Source: a virus
Direction: 5' to 3' (one strand)
Length of the DNA: 64,000 nucleotides
IMG/VR virus record: IMGVR_UViG_3300042337_000526
Coordinates: 53,744 to 117,743 of that record
The position numbers and the translations under genes were made by a program. The notes below the pieces were generated by a model, which saw only the letters and a list, made by a program, of their open reading frames with translations, made no database searches and was not told the DNA's origin. Positions 19,280 through 28,636 of this stretch are shown here, piece after piece. Position 1 is the stretch's first letter, and each line of letters opens with the position of its first letter.

Positions 19280-20565
19280 AGTGTTCCAGTTATTGGATCT
19301 GCCCATCCTTTACTAATACTATGTGGCCACACTATCCAGGTTGTGGGTTTTATATCGGTTTGAAATTCTCTCCAAACCTTACAATATCCATCTGGATCAT
19401 TTTTCATATTATTAATTTCATTAGCATCAGCATCTTGTCTATGTATATCATTTCCGTCTTTGTCTTTAAATGCTACCGCCCAGAAATCATAATCTTTCTC
19501 AGGAACTTGGTCATATGCAACATCAATACAGTGTTTAAAAATACTCATCAAGGCTTTATCAAACTCTTCATCAGAAGCATTTTGCATAATATCTGGTGGT
19601 GGTTTATGTTCCTGAACTTGCTTTGTTATTCCTCTTTTCTTAAAACATAATCCAGAATATTTTTCATAGTCATTTAGAGATCTTACAGATCCAAATCCAT
19701 ATTTACCAAAATCAACATCTCTTTTTTCACCGTCCATTTCGAATAATTTTCTGTTCTTTAAATGGCAGTAATCATTTCTTTTTACCCATTCTTTATCATC
19801 ATCCCACTGTTTTGTTCTTCCTTTTCGGGTATACTCATGCCAACAAACAACCTTATTAGGATGAAATATATCATATCCCCAGGTATAAGCTCTAACGGCT
19901 ATGCTTATTTCTTCTCCGTGAAAATAATACTCTGGATCATGTTGAACCTCGTTACAAAAATCACCAACACTAAATGCAAAGTGTGCGCTATAAAATCTTC
20001 CTGGTAATGGTTGATCTTTATTATCCCATGAATCAAAAGAGGCTGGCAAAAAGAATACTGCACCTTCTGGTATAAATCTGTCAAAGTTCATTTTCCATGG
20101 TTCATTAACTCTTCCAGAAGGATCGTTATCGGGATCAAAACTTGGAATATATGATGTTATCAATGGTTTTTTATGTCCATTTTTTTGTAATCCCTTTAAC
20201 ATATCTATAAGTTCGGTATCCCAATTTTTTACAAATCTATGATGACTATCTAATTGAAGAGTATATTTTTCTCCGTTATATAATTGTTGTACAGAGTTCC
20301 TGGCCCAGCATACGCCTTTAGATTCCAAATAATTTACATCTATTATTCTGAACCTAGGATCGTCTTTATATTTGTCCAAGGTATCCCATGGGTCATCGGC
20401 AGAATGCTGCCAACATATTCCTAGTCTTAAATTCTCTGGGTGTTCAGCTTTGTCAAACATGTCCTCTAATGTTGGTAACAGTTGAGGATCTCGATAAGAT
20501 GCAATCTGAATAAAGATAGTGTTTTTTTTATCTTTTTTAATTTTCTCTTCTTTCTGACGCTTCAT
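19276..20565 (-). CDS. GT60-family polypeptide/[Skp1]-hydroxyproline alpha-GlcNAc transferase-like protein
   Basis: TIFIQIASYRDPQL, GICWQ, SKGVCWARN, LQLDSHHRF (DSH metal motif), YFHGEEISIAVRAYTWGYDIFHP, WHEY, plus an extra ~90-aa C-terminal domain. Confidence 0.85.
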   Translation of the reverse strand: MKRQKEEKIKKDKKNTIFIQIASYRDPQLLPTLEDMFDKAEHPENLRLGICWQHSADDPWDTLDKYKDDPRFRIIDVNYLESKGVCWARNSVQQLYNGEKYTLQLDSHHRFVKNWDTELIDMLKGLQKNGHKKPLITSYIPSFDPDNDPSGRVNEPWKMNFDRFIPEGAVFFLPASFDSWDNKDQPLPGRFYSAHFAFSVGDFCNEVQHDPEYYFHGEEISIAVRAYTWGYDIFHPNKVVCWHEYTRKGRTKQWDDDKEWVKRNDYCHLKNRKLFEMDGEKRDVDFGKYGFGSVRSLNDYEKYSGLCFKKRGITKQVQEHKPPPDIMQNASDEEFDKALMSIFKHCIDVAYDQVPEKDYDFWAVAFKDKDGNDIHRQDADANEINNMKNDPDGYCKVWREFQTDIKPTTWIVWPHSISKGWADPITGTL

Positions 20566-22198
20566 AAAAATGCACCCTATTATGTGTTATGGGACTTGCT
20601 AATAAAATTGCCGGATTGATTTTATTCTCAACAGTAAGAGAATATATATGACTCATCCAGGTTTGTTCGAATGGATTATTCCATGTCGTATCCAAGAAGA
20701 GCTTTTGATTTCCTTCTTGATCTATAATATGGGGCCAATTACAATAGTAAATCTCACCATTAGCATACGGAACACCATTAAATGTTTTAATGTTTTTATA
20801 TTTCATTGGTGGTCTTTTTGATGATTTACCAAAATATTTAACCCTATTTTCTGATGGAACATTATGCCAACTCCATTGATCTCCGTTATGTCCATAGAAT
20901 TCACTAAAACTTAATTTCAAAAAGTCGAAATTTTCCAGATCCATAATCCTAATACAGTTATTAAATAAATTATCAACTTTTTTATTAAATCCAAAATTAC
21001 ACCTACCATCAAAATCTAATAACATATCGTCTTCAAAGAAGAACATATATTTATATCCATTATCATTAAAATGTTCAGCAGCCAATTGTCTTGCTCTGCA
21101 TATTCCAAGATTTCCTTTCTTGATATGTTCTTTGAAATTATATTTGTCACAGATATTGTCATACTCGGCAAATACATTATTTTCTGTAGAATTATTAATT
21201 AATATTTTAGTAGTTTTTTCTAGGAATAATTTGTCGTATTTTTCAAAACTATCAAGAACCATTTTAAGTTGAGCAGGAAAATTGAAAGCATTAATATATA
21301 ATGCTATTTCTTTGTTCTTGTGTTTTTTTCTTTCTGGAGCATTTGTTTGTTGTATTTTTAATTTGGTATTATTTTTTAAATTCTCAAAAAAGGTTGAGAT
21401 TAATCCATTGTCTTCTATTGGTGAAAAATTATATGTATCTTCATCCAAATAGGTCATTATTGTAAATATACTCTCTTCTGTGCCCATATATCCGGACTTT
21501 AAGGAGTCATTTAGTAGTGAGTAGTATAGATTATTCGCTTGTGAGATTGTTTCTATGTGTCCTCCAAAAAATCCTCCCCTAGCGACCCTGTTAACTTCAC
21601 TATTTCCTGCGAATTCTTTTAGTTTATTAATTTCAAATCCATGAATCTCTGTAGAAGTTTCATAAGGAAAACAAATAAACATAAATTTTTTAACTAAATC
21701 TTCAAGCTTGTGTAATACTTTGTCATGGCTAAAGTAGCCTGGGTGAACAGTATTTGTTATTCCACCATCTAGCCAAAACATGTATTCTGTATTAAAAGGA
21801 TTATAACACTTAGCATTATGCAATAAGAACATTTTACTCATAACCATAGGATTATAGTATTCCATTTTGGCTTGAGTACTTTCAGCTAACCATCCAACTT
21901 GATTTACCCATTTCTTATCGTTCCTTATTCTTTGAACATCGTTGAAAAATGGGAAAAAAGAACCAGAAAATTGATCTTTTGAATGATTATATACTACAGT
22001 GTTTTCTTTATTCCTGTATTTCCATACTATATGTTCGTGCTGTTTATCTATAAATACTATTAAAGGAACGTCATCGCCTAATGATTCTAGCAGACTGCTG
22101 AAGTGGGCGATATAATGATCAAATCCTCTGCCCCAACCCTCAGAAAGAGAATCTCTTCCCAAATCCCATATGCCGGTGACTATTGTTGAGTTTATCAT
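20537..22198 (-). CDS. HtrL/YibB-like domain fused to a GT2-like glycosyltransferase domain
   Basis: N-half TIVTGIWDLGR...SKMFLL...NPFNTEYMFWLDGG...GGFFGG...GTEESIF (HtrL-like). C-half LINNST...GNLGICRAR...FFEDDM (GT-A DxD-like). Confidence 0.75.
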   Translation of the reverse strand: MINSTIVTGIWDLGRDSLSEGWGRGFDHYIAHFSSLLESLGDDVPLIVFIDKQHEHIVWKYRNKENTVVYNHSKDQFSGSFFPFFNDVQRIRNDKKWVNQVGWLAESTQAKMEYYNPMVMSKMFLLHNAKCYNPFNTEYMFWLDGGITNTVHPGYFSHDKVLHKLEDLVKKFMFICFPYETSTEIHGFEINKLKEFAGNSEVNRVARGGFFGGHIETISQANNLYYSLLNDSLKSGYMGTEESIFTIMTYLDEDTYNFSPIEDNGLISTFFENLKNNTKLKIQQTNAPERKKHKNKEIALYINAFNFPAQLKMVLDSFEKYDKLFLEKTTKILINNSTENNVFAEYDNICDKYNFKEHIKKGNLGICRARQLAAEHFNDNGYKYMFFFEDDMLLDFDGRCNFGFNKKVDNLFNNCIRIMDLENFDFLKLSFSEFYGHNGDQWSWHNVPSENRVKYFGKSSKRPPMKYKNIKTFNGVPYANGEIYYCNWPHIIDQEGNQKLFLDTTWNNPFEQTWMSHIYSLTVENKINPAILLASPITHNRVHFYEASERREN

Positions 22199-22221
22199 GG
22201 GTTAGTTAGTATTATTACTTA

Positions 22222-22238
22222 TAAGTATTATATCCACC
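22222..22238 (-). promoter_or_regulatory. Variant of the GGTGTA motif (GGTGGA-TATAATACTTA) upstream of the minus-strand glycosylation operon
   Basis: The reverse complement of 22222-22238 reads GGTGGATATAATACTTA and ends about 24 nt before the ATG at 22198. Confidence 0.45.
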
Positions 22239-22300
22239 GGAGCTGCATAATCATAGTTCCATTTCGTAGTTTGGTCAAGTTGGAAAAATTTAAACCTCTG

Positions 22301-22328
22301 TTGACACCCAAACTTTTTCTACTATTAT
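22301..22328 (+). promoter_or_regulatory. Host sigma70-type promoter
   Basis: Perfect TTGACA at 22301-22306, 16-nt spacer, TATTAT at 22323-22328, then RBS gagg and ATG 22360, in a divergent intergenic region. Confidence 0.6.
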
Positions 22329-22359
22329 GAGATTAGTCACATTGGAGTTTTGAGGAAAA

Positions 22360-22563
22360 ATGACAAATATAGAAGATTTCGACGAAGACAAGAAAAATTC
22401 GGGCAGAAGACAAAAGTTTACTAGTAAAAAAAAGCATAACAAAAAAGATATGCTTGATGATGAAATTATTAGTAGAAATTATGAAAAGAAGCATATAAAA
22501 AAAATAAAAGAAAGCTTTAGCGACGAAGAATGGGAAGATTGGGATAAATATTACAATCGTTAA
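22360..22563 (+). CDS. Small highly charged hypothetical protein
   Basis: 67-aa ORF with strong RBS (ttgagga); K/E/D-rich with a WEDWD tail. Confidence 0.65.
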   Translation: MTNIEDFDEDKKNSGRRQKFTSKKKHNKKDMLDDEIISRNYEKKHIKKIKESFSDEEWEDWDKYYNR

Positions 22564-22568
22564 TAACT

Positions 22569-22820
22569 ATGAAATATTTAGAAGAATTAGATATTGGTGA
22601 TTGCTTTTCATTTTCTGGTAATCATTTTATATTAACAGCAGACTTTAAAAAAAATGGTGATAAATTAGCAGTATGTTTATCTAATGGATTATCTCAGTGG
22701 GTAGGTTTAAGTTGTATTATTGACCCAATTGACATATTTACTCTTGATACAGAAAATAACATCATAGCTATGAAAGAGAGAAAGAAAGATGCTGCTAATA
22801 CGAATTCAAACATTTCTTAA
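22569..22820 (+). CDS. Hypothetical protein (small beta-barrel-like)
   Basis: 83-aa ORF tightly packed in the operon. Confidence 0.6.
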   Translation: MKYLEELDIGDCFSFSGNHFILTADFKKNGDKLAVCLSNGLSQWVGLSCIIDPIDIFTLDTENNIIAMKERKKDAANTNSNIS

Positions 22821-23040
22821 GTCTTTATTCTTTCATGTTTGGCACGGATTTCCAAAGACCACCCAATCAGAAATTTTAGACAGATATTCTATATGCCTAG
22901 ATTGTCCTGATTTTAATAAAGAGAAATCAGAATGTAAAATATGCGGATGTTCTATTAGTAAAAAGAGCAAATTCCTTAACAAATTAGCATGGGCTGATCA
23001 AGAATGCCCCGCTGGCAAATGGTTAAAAATAATCAGGTGA
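22789..23040 (+). CDS. Cys-rich hypothetical protein (CxxC...CxxCGC...CPxGKW)
   Basis: RYSICLDCP...CKICGCS...KLAW...ECPAGKW, a recurrent small phage Zn-binding pattern. Confidence 0.7.
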   Translation: MLLIRIQTFLKSLFFHVWHGFPKTTQSEILDRYSICLDCPDFNKEKSECKICGCSISKKSKFLNKLAWADQECPAGKWLKIIR

Positions 23041-23044
23041 TCTA

Positions 23045-23614
23045 ATGGCAATCAAAACAATAAACAAAAAAAATTCAAATAATATAGTATATTCAAATTA
23101 TGATCTATTTGAGATGGTAAGAACCAGAGTTTCTTCAGGAAACGAAGGAGCAACAGTATTTGTTCCTCATGTATGCAATAATATAGATCTTTTTGGTGCG
23201 GGGTTTGCTGCTCAGGTAGCATTAAAGTATCCTGTGGTCAAAGAAAATTACCACTTATTGGGTAAGAGTTTTCTTAAAACAAATCTTGGATATTGCCAGA
23301 TAGTCAAAGTATATGAAAATGATAAATATAAACATAAGCTATGTTTTGTGAATATGATAGGGCAAAATGGAGTAAAAAGCAGCACTAATAATAGACCATT
23401 AAACTATTTAGCTCTTGTAAGATCCATGAACGCACTCTCTCAGCACATACATACTAATACTGGATTCTTAAATAAAAATGAGAAAATAGAAATCCATTGC
23501 CCCAAGTTCGGTAGCGGGCTCGCTGGTGGAGATTGGGATTTCATAACAAATCTAATAGAAGATATCTGGGGCAAATTTTTTGTAACAGTATATAATTATC
23601 CTCCTAAAAAATAA
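23045..23614 (+). CDS. Macrodomain (Poa1/TARG1/DarG-like ADP-ribose-processing) protein
   Basis: PHVCNNIDLFGAGFAAQVALKYP and IHCPKFGSGLAGGDWDFITNLI match macrodomain loop motifs. Confidence 0.8.
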   Translation: MAIKTINKKNSNNIVYSNYDLFEMVRTRVSSGNEGATVFVPHVCNNIDLFGAGFAAQVALKYPVVKENYHLLGKSFLKTNLGYCQIVKVYENDKYKHKLCFVNMIGQNGVKSSTNNRPLNYLALVRSMNALSQHIHTNTGFLNKNEKIEIHCPKFGSGLAGGDWDFITNLIEDIWGKFFVTVYNYPPKK

Positions 23615-23615
23615 T

Positions 23616-24263
23616 ATGAAAAAAGTTATTAGTTTTAGTTTGTGGGGTGATAATCCTAAATATACAATAGGTGCTATAGAGAATGCTAAATTAGCACAAG
23701 AAATATATCCAGGGTGGGATTGTTATTTTTTCTTAGGATCATCTGTTACTGATAACATACAAGATAGACTATTGTCTATTCCTAATGTTGTTTTATTTTA
23801 TAAGGACCATCCTGGAGATTGGAGTGGTATGTTTTGGAGATTCGAAACCTCTTATGATTTAGAGGTTGACATTTCTATTTTTAGAGATACAGATTCCAGA
23901 TTAAGCTTAAGAGAAAAATATGCTGTAGACGAATGGATACAGTCGGACAAAACTTTTCATATTATGAGAGATCATCCCCATCATGGATTTCCTATTTTAG
24001 GAGGTATGTGGGGATATAAATCCAATAATAAATATCCAATTAAAGAACTATTAGGTTCATTCAATAAAAATGATAGATATGGCACAGACTATGAATTTTT
24101 TTATAATTCACTGTATCCATTAATAAATGATGACAAAGTGGTTCATGATCCCTTTTTTGATAAAATAGATTTTCCACAACCAAGAGATGGAACAGAATTT
24201 GTAGGCGATGTATTTGACGAAAATAATATTAGACATCCAGAATACCATAATTATATAATATGA
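23616..24263 (+). CDS. Putative GT-A glycosyltransferase
   Basis: KKVISFSLWG, GMFWRF, SIFRDTDSR (DxD), FHIMRDHPHH, ILGGMWG: a family common in phage/viral glycosylation clusters. Confidence 0.7.
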   Translation: MKKVISFSLWGDNPKYTIGAIENAKLAQEIYPGWDCYFFLGSSVTDNIQDRLLSIPNVVLFYKDHPGDWSGMFWRFETSYDLEVDISIFRDTDSRLSLREKYAVDEWIQSDKTFHIMRDHPHHGFPILGGMWGYKSNNKYPIKELLGSFNKNDRYGTDYEFFYNSLYPLINDDKVVHDPFFDKIDFPQPRDGTEFVGDVFDENNIRHPEYHNYII

Positions 24264-24838
24264 ATATTTACAATATTTCAAAAAGAGACAATATATGTCA
24301 ATACATAAACACACTGAAAGACCCAATCATTTGCGAAGTTGGAACAAGAAAAGGTGAATTTTTTGATAAACTATTTACATCAAATTGCTCATTAGGAGTA
24401 ATGGTTGATATATGGACGGATACTGGAAATCTATATCAGAATGACAATACTTATACTCAAATAGATTTGAATGAACAATATAGATATGTCTTTACTAAAT
24501 TTTTAAACCAGCACAATATTAAAATAATTAGAGAATTTAGTCATATTGCTAGTACTTTTTTTCCAGATAATTTTTTTGATTTTATATACATAGATGCTGA
24601 TCATAGCAAAGAAGGATGCTATAAAGACCTGACTTGCTGGTATCCAAAAGTTAAAAAGGGTGGTATAATTTCCGGTCATGACTACATATCAAAAGAAAAA
24701 ACTATAATATATGGACATACAGTTGAATTTGGAGTTATAGAAGCCGTAAAAGAGTTCCGTGAACTGAATAATATTACAGATAATAATTTTCACTTAACAA
24801 GTGAAGAATATGCAACTTATTTTATTATTAAATCATGA
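24260..24838 (+). CDS. Class I SAM-dependent methyltransferase (Methyltransf_24-like)
   Basis: CEVGTRKGEF (motif I), FDFIYIDADHS, WYPKVKKGGIISGHDY. Confidence 0.85.
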   Translation: MNIYNISKRDNICQYINTLKDPIICEVGTRKGEFFDKLFTSNCSLGVMVDIWTDTGNLYQNDNTYTQIDLNEQYRYVFTKFLNQHNIKIIREFSHIASTFFPDNFFDFIYIDADHSKEGCYKDLTCWYPKVKKGGIISGHDYISKEKTIIYGHTVEFGVIEAVKEFRELNNITDNNFHLTSEEYATYFIIKS

Positions 24839-25527
24839 CCACAACACCTCGTAGAATTTTTTGTATATGGTCTGGGGATAATGAGATGTCTGATAATAGA
24901 AAAAAATGTTTGGAACTAATAAGACAAAATTCACAGACTGTTGTTGATCTAGTAACTCCTGCTAATTTATCAGATTGGATAAAGGATCCACTACATGACT
25001 CTTATGATTATCTCAGTTTAACACACAAAGCAGATTATTTACGATGCTACTTGATGTATCACTATGGTTCAGGATATTGCGATATTAAACCCATATTTTT
25101 TAGTTGGCAACCATATTTTGATATTCTAGAGAATAGTTTCTTTGATTTTATAGGATACTCAGAACTAAGTCCCCTACACATAGCATCAGATATCAAAGAA
25201 ATACAATCATCTTATAGTCGCTTGTGTGGATGCTGTCACTTTATATTTAAACCTAAGAGCAGTTTTGCAGCACAGTGGCTCAGTAGTGTTAATACAATTC
25301 TAGATAAGAAAATTCATCTTTTAAAAAAATTTCCTGGAACATACCATCCTAGAGCAATCTTTGGAGGAGTTCATCATCCAGAGATAGATAATCTATATAA
25401 AGATTCCCAATACCCGTTATGTTGGAACGAAATACTTGGTCAAGTTATACATAAATTAATGTATAATAATTTTGGTGATTATACATCTGGTATGCCTTAT
25501 GTCAATTTAACCTCTCAATATAGATAG
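24835..25527 (+). CDS. Capsular-polysaccharide-synthesis/GT32-like glycosyltransferase
   Basis: RIFCIWSG, HKADYLRCYLMYHYGSGYCDIK (DxD-like), typical of GT32/Caps_synth proteins. Confidence 0.7.
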   Translation: MTTTPRRIFCIWSGDNEMSDNRKKCLELIRQNSQTVVDLVTPANLSDWIKDPLHDSYDYLSLTHKADYLRCYLMYHYGSGYCDIKPIFFSWQPYFDILENSFFDFIGYSELSPLHIASDIKEIQSSYSRLCGCCHFIFKPKSSFAAQWLSSVNTILDKKIHLLKKFPGTYHPRAIFGGVHHPEIDNLYKDSQYPLCWNEILGQVIHKLMYNNFGDYTSGMPYVNLTSQYR

Positions 25528-25534
25528 AGAATAA

Positions 25535-26188
25535 ATGTCAATCAGCTTATGCATAACATCTTATAGTCAAGACTACTCTTTAGTTTATGGTCTATTAGAA
25601 GAATTTAAGAAACAAATATTACCACCATCAGAAATAATTTTCTATTGCAGTGATGTCATAAGTGTTGAAATGCCAAAGTTTTTATCAATAAAATCATGCA
25701 ATATTCCTATACATACAATATATAGCTCTAAAAGAACCAATCAAGCCACCGCTAGAAATATATCTGCTAAAATATCAAGTTCTGAATATGTAATGTTTTT
25801 TGATGTCGATGATATTCCGCATCCTATGAAAATAAAGATTACAACAGATATTTTAAATAAAACACAAGCAGATTTTATGCTTCATAATTATCATGAAATT
25901 AATGAATCATCTAATATATTTGAGCAGATACCACTTGATGTTGATTTATACCCTTTAAATGAAATAGATAAAAATTCTACTAATGTGGTATGCGGAGATC
26001 ACTACATCCATCATGCCCATATCTCTGTGAAAAGATCAATATTTGAAAAAATAAACTTTAATGAATCTATGGAATACTACAGAAGAGAGGATGGTAAATT
26101 TTGTCAAGACTTAATAATAAATGGATATTCTGGAGTTTATTGTCCTATAAAACTTGTCAATTATACTCCGTCATATCTTAGAAAATAA
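25535..26188 (+). CDS. GT2-like glycosyltransferase
   Basis: ISLCITSY, NQATARN, YVMFFDVDD, REDGKF. Confidence 0.75.
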   Translation: MSISLCITSYSQDYSLVYGLLEEFKKQILPPSEIIFYCSDVISVEMPKFLSIKSCNIPIHTIYSSKRTNQATARNISAKISSSEYVMFFDVDDIPHPMKIKITTDILNKTQADFMLHNYHEINESSNIFEQIPLDVDLYPLNEIDKNSTNVVCGDHYIHHAHISVKRSIFEKINFNESMEYYRREDGKFCQDLIINGYSGVYCPIKLVNYTPSYLRK

Positions 26189-26191
26189 ATC

Positions 26192-26872
26192 ATGAGTAAT
26201 ATTACAATATATCATCACTTGGGTCTTGGCGACCATATTGCTTGCAATGGATTAGTAAGACACTTCGCCGAGTCTGCACCAGTAAAGCTAATATGCTATA
26301 AGAAAAATATACGTAATGTATCTTATATGTATAGAGATAATTCTATGATTGACTTTATTGGCGTTGATAGCGATGGTGAAGCCAGTGGAATAGTCGCATT
26401 TCATACCAATGTTAAAAGATTAGGATTTATATTCAATCCGTCGTATGCTAATATGATGTCTTATGACAGGGCTTTTTATGCTATGGCAAATATAGATTTT
26501 AATATTAGATTCAACAAATTTTTTCTTCAAAGAGATCAAGAGACAGAAGATAAAGTCTATAAGGCTTTAAATCCAAATAGTGATCCATATATTTATGTGC
26601 ATGATGATAAAACATTAAATTATGTAATTGATAACAAAAAACATAGAAATGATCTTAAAGTAATTTATAATGATATGAATTATGGTATGTTTGAGATGGG
26701 AAAAATTATGGAAAATGCAACAGAAATACATACTATGCAAACAGGATTCCTCGATTTATGTCATAGCATGGACATAAAGTGTCCTATATACATACATCTC
26801 TATGTTAGAAATTATCCTCAAAGCCATTTTTCAGTTTGTAGAGATTCAAATAATTATATTCTAGTTTATTAA
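26192..26872 (+). CDS. Putative GT-B glycosyltransferase (GLGD N-terminal motif)
   Basis: YHHLGLGDHIACNG and YIYVHDD; located inside a glycosyltransferase run. Confidence 0.55.
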   Translation: MSNITIYHHLGLGDHIACNGLVRHFAESAPVKLICYKKNIRNVSYMYRDNSMIDFIGVDSDGEASGIVAFHTNVKRLGFIFNPSYANMMSYDRAFYAMANIDFNIRFNKFFLQRDQETEDKVYKALNPNSDPYIYVHDDKTLNYVIDNKKHRNDLKVIYNDMNYGMFEMGKIMENATEIHTMQTGFLDLCHSMDIKCPIYIHLYVRNYPQSHFSVCRDSNNYILVY

Positions 26873-26899
26873 ATATTAATCATAAATAAGGATTTAACA

Positions 26900-27250
26900 A
26901 TGGAAACTATTGATAGTTTTATAAAAAATAAAGTTCAAGAAGTACTTTCTCAGAATGATGGTTCGGAACTTCCTGACACCACAGATTTTATAGCCACAGA
27001 CAATCTAGGAGAGGTTATAGAAAAATTAATAATACTTCATATTAGAATGTGGATGATAGAAGATTCAATGGAGGCGGTATATGAAGATGATATTAAGATT
27101 GCTGATTTAAAAAGAAAACTCGATATTTGCTTTAAACAAAAAAGACCCAAATTTGTTCAAGCTATAAATAGATTAGTAGAATCATCAATTAAACATGAAA
27201 AATCACTTATTGAAGATAGTGTAAAAATATATAAAGGTTTTGAGGAATAA
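26900..27250 (+). CDS. Helical hypothetical protein (weak DUF4254-like GEVIEKLIIL motif)
   Basis: 116-aa ORF with RBS aagga; family call is tentative. Confidence 0.6.
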   Translation: METIDSFIKNKVQEVLSQNDGSELPDTTDFIATDNLGEVIEKLIILHIRMWMIEDSMEAVYEDDIKIADLKRKLDICFKQKRPKFVQAINRLVESSIKHEKSLIEDSVKIYKGFEE

Positions 27251-27252
27251 TA

Positions 27253-27993
27253 ATGCCTGATAAAAAATATAAATGTTCATCTTTCTGCTCACTATACAAA
27301 GGACAAAAATTTATTCAAGGCTATGTGGAGGATATGCTCAAGCAATCAGTATTTACTGATATTGAATTCGTTTTTTTGGATTGTAATTCGCCAGAGAATG
27401 AAAAAGATATTATAGAACCATTAGCTCAAAAATATGAAAATATTAAATATTTTAAATTAGACTCTGATCCTGGTCTATATCCGGCTTGGAATATCGCTAT
27501 TAAAAAATGTTCTGCTGATATAATTGGGAATTGGAATATTGATGATAGAAAAAATGCTAATAGTTTTGAGATATTATTAAAAGCTTTTGAAAGAGACCCT
27601 GGGCTAGATTTAGTATACGGAATTACTTATGTTTCAACAGAAGCTAATGAAAAATATGAAAATAATAATTATCAACATATATATCCGTGCTTACCTCATT
27701 CTTTAAATAATCTACTGGTAAATAACAGTCCACACTGTATGCCGTTATGGAAAAAGAGTTTGCACGATAGATTTGGTTTCTTTGACGAATCATACAAAAC
27801 GGCATCAGATGGAGATATGTGGTTGCGTTCTTGCGTCGGAGGTGCTAAGATATCTATGGTCAACCATCCGGTTGGCTTGTACTACCACAACCCACAAGGT
27901 CGATCAACCGATCCTAAAACTATTGTGGAAATGGTTGCGGAAGTTCAAACTATGAGACAAAAATATAAAGAGTATTTGAGTACCAATGAATAA
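27253..27993 (+). CDS. GT2 glycosyltransferase
   Basis: IEFVFLDCNSPE, GLYPAWN, NWNIDDR, PHCMPLWKKSLH...FDE...DGDMWLR. Confidence 0.85.
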   Translation: MPDKKYKCSSFCSLYKGQKFIQGYVEDMLKQSVFTDIEFVFLDCNSPENEKDIIEPLAQKYENIKYFKLDSDPGLYPAWNIAIKKCSADIIGNWNIDDRKNANSFEILLKAFERDPGLDLVYGITYVSTEANEKYENNNYQHIYPCLPHSLNNLLVNNSPHCMPLWKKSLHDRFGFFDESYKTASDGDMWLRSCVGGAKISMVNHPVGLYYHNPQGRSTDPKTIVEMVAEVQTMRQKYKEYLSTNE

Positions 27994-28084
27994 TTTTATC
28001 CTATTGTGTTTATCTATTTCTTTGATTCTAGGTATTTTATCAGGAATAAGAGATATGATGAAGTCTTCAAGAAGTTTTTTTTAG
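27986..28084 (+). CDS. Putative 32-aa single-TM protein (absent from ORF track)
   Basis: MNNFILLCLSISLILGILSGIRDMMKSSRSFF*, translated by hand. It fills the gap between flanking genes and its ATG overlaps the upstream 3' end. Confidence 0.45.
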   Translation: MNNFILLCLSISLILGILSGIRDMMKSSRSFF

Positions 28085-28090
28085 AGAATA

Positions 28091-28621
28091 ATGAATAGAT
28101 TAAAAAATCAAAGAGTGTATCTGGCCGGTGCTATGGACAGAGTAAAGGATAGAGGTAGCACATGGAGAGATAATATAACTCCATTCCTTGAGTCTCTCGG
28201 AGTAATAGTTTTCAACCCTCTGAATAAGCCCAGTAATATTGGGATGGAAGATACAGAGGTTCATTTAGTTAAGAAAAAACTAAAAGAACGAGAGAATTAT
28301 GACGAATTATCCAGCATGATGAAAACGATTCGTGGAGTTGATCTTAGACTAGTTGATATTAGCGATTTTTTAATTGTTAATCTGGATATAGATACCCATC
28401 CTTGTGGCACTCTTGAAGAGATTTTCTGGGCAAATAGGCAGAAAAAACCTATTATAATACATATGGAACAAGGGAAAAGTAATACTCCAGATTGGTTATT
28501 TGGCACAATACCTCACCAGATGATTTTTTCCACATGGGACGAAGTAAAAGAATATCTTTTACATATAAATAATACTGCAAATATAGAATCATATAAAAGA
28601 TGGTATTTCTTTTCTATTTAA
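28091..28621 (+). CDS. Nucleoside 2-deoxyribosyltransferase-like (NDT/DNPH1 fold) protein
   Basis: RVYLAGAM, VFNP, DLRLVDISDFLIV, GTLEEIFWA (catalytic Glu position), KKPII. Confidence 0.75.
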   Translation: MNRLKNQRVYLAGAMDRVKDRGSTWRDNITPFLESLGVIVFNPLNKPSNIGMEDTEVHLVKKKLKERENYDELSSMMKTIRGVDLRLVDISDFLIVNLDIDTHPCGTLEEIFWANRQKKPIIIHMEQGKSNTPDWLFGTIPHQMIFSTWDEVKEYLLHINNTANIESYKRWYFFSI

Positions 28622-28636
28622 TGAGCTGCTAATGCT

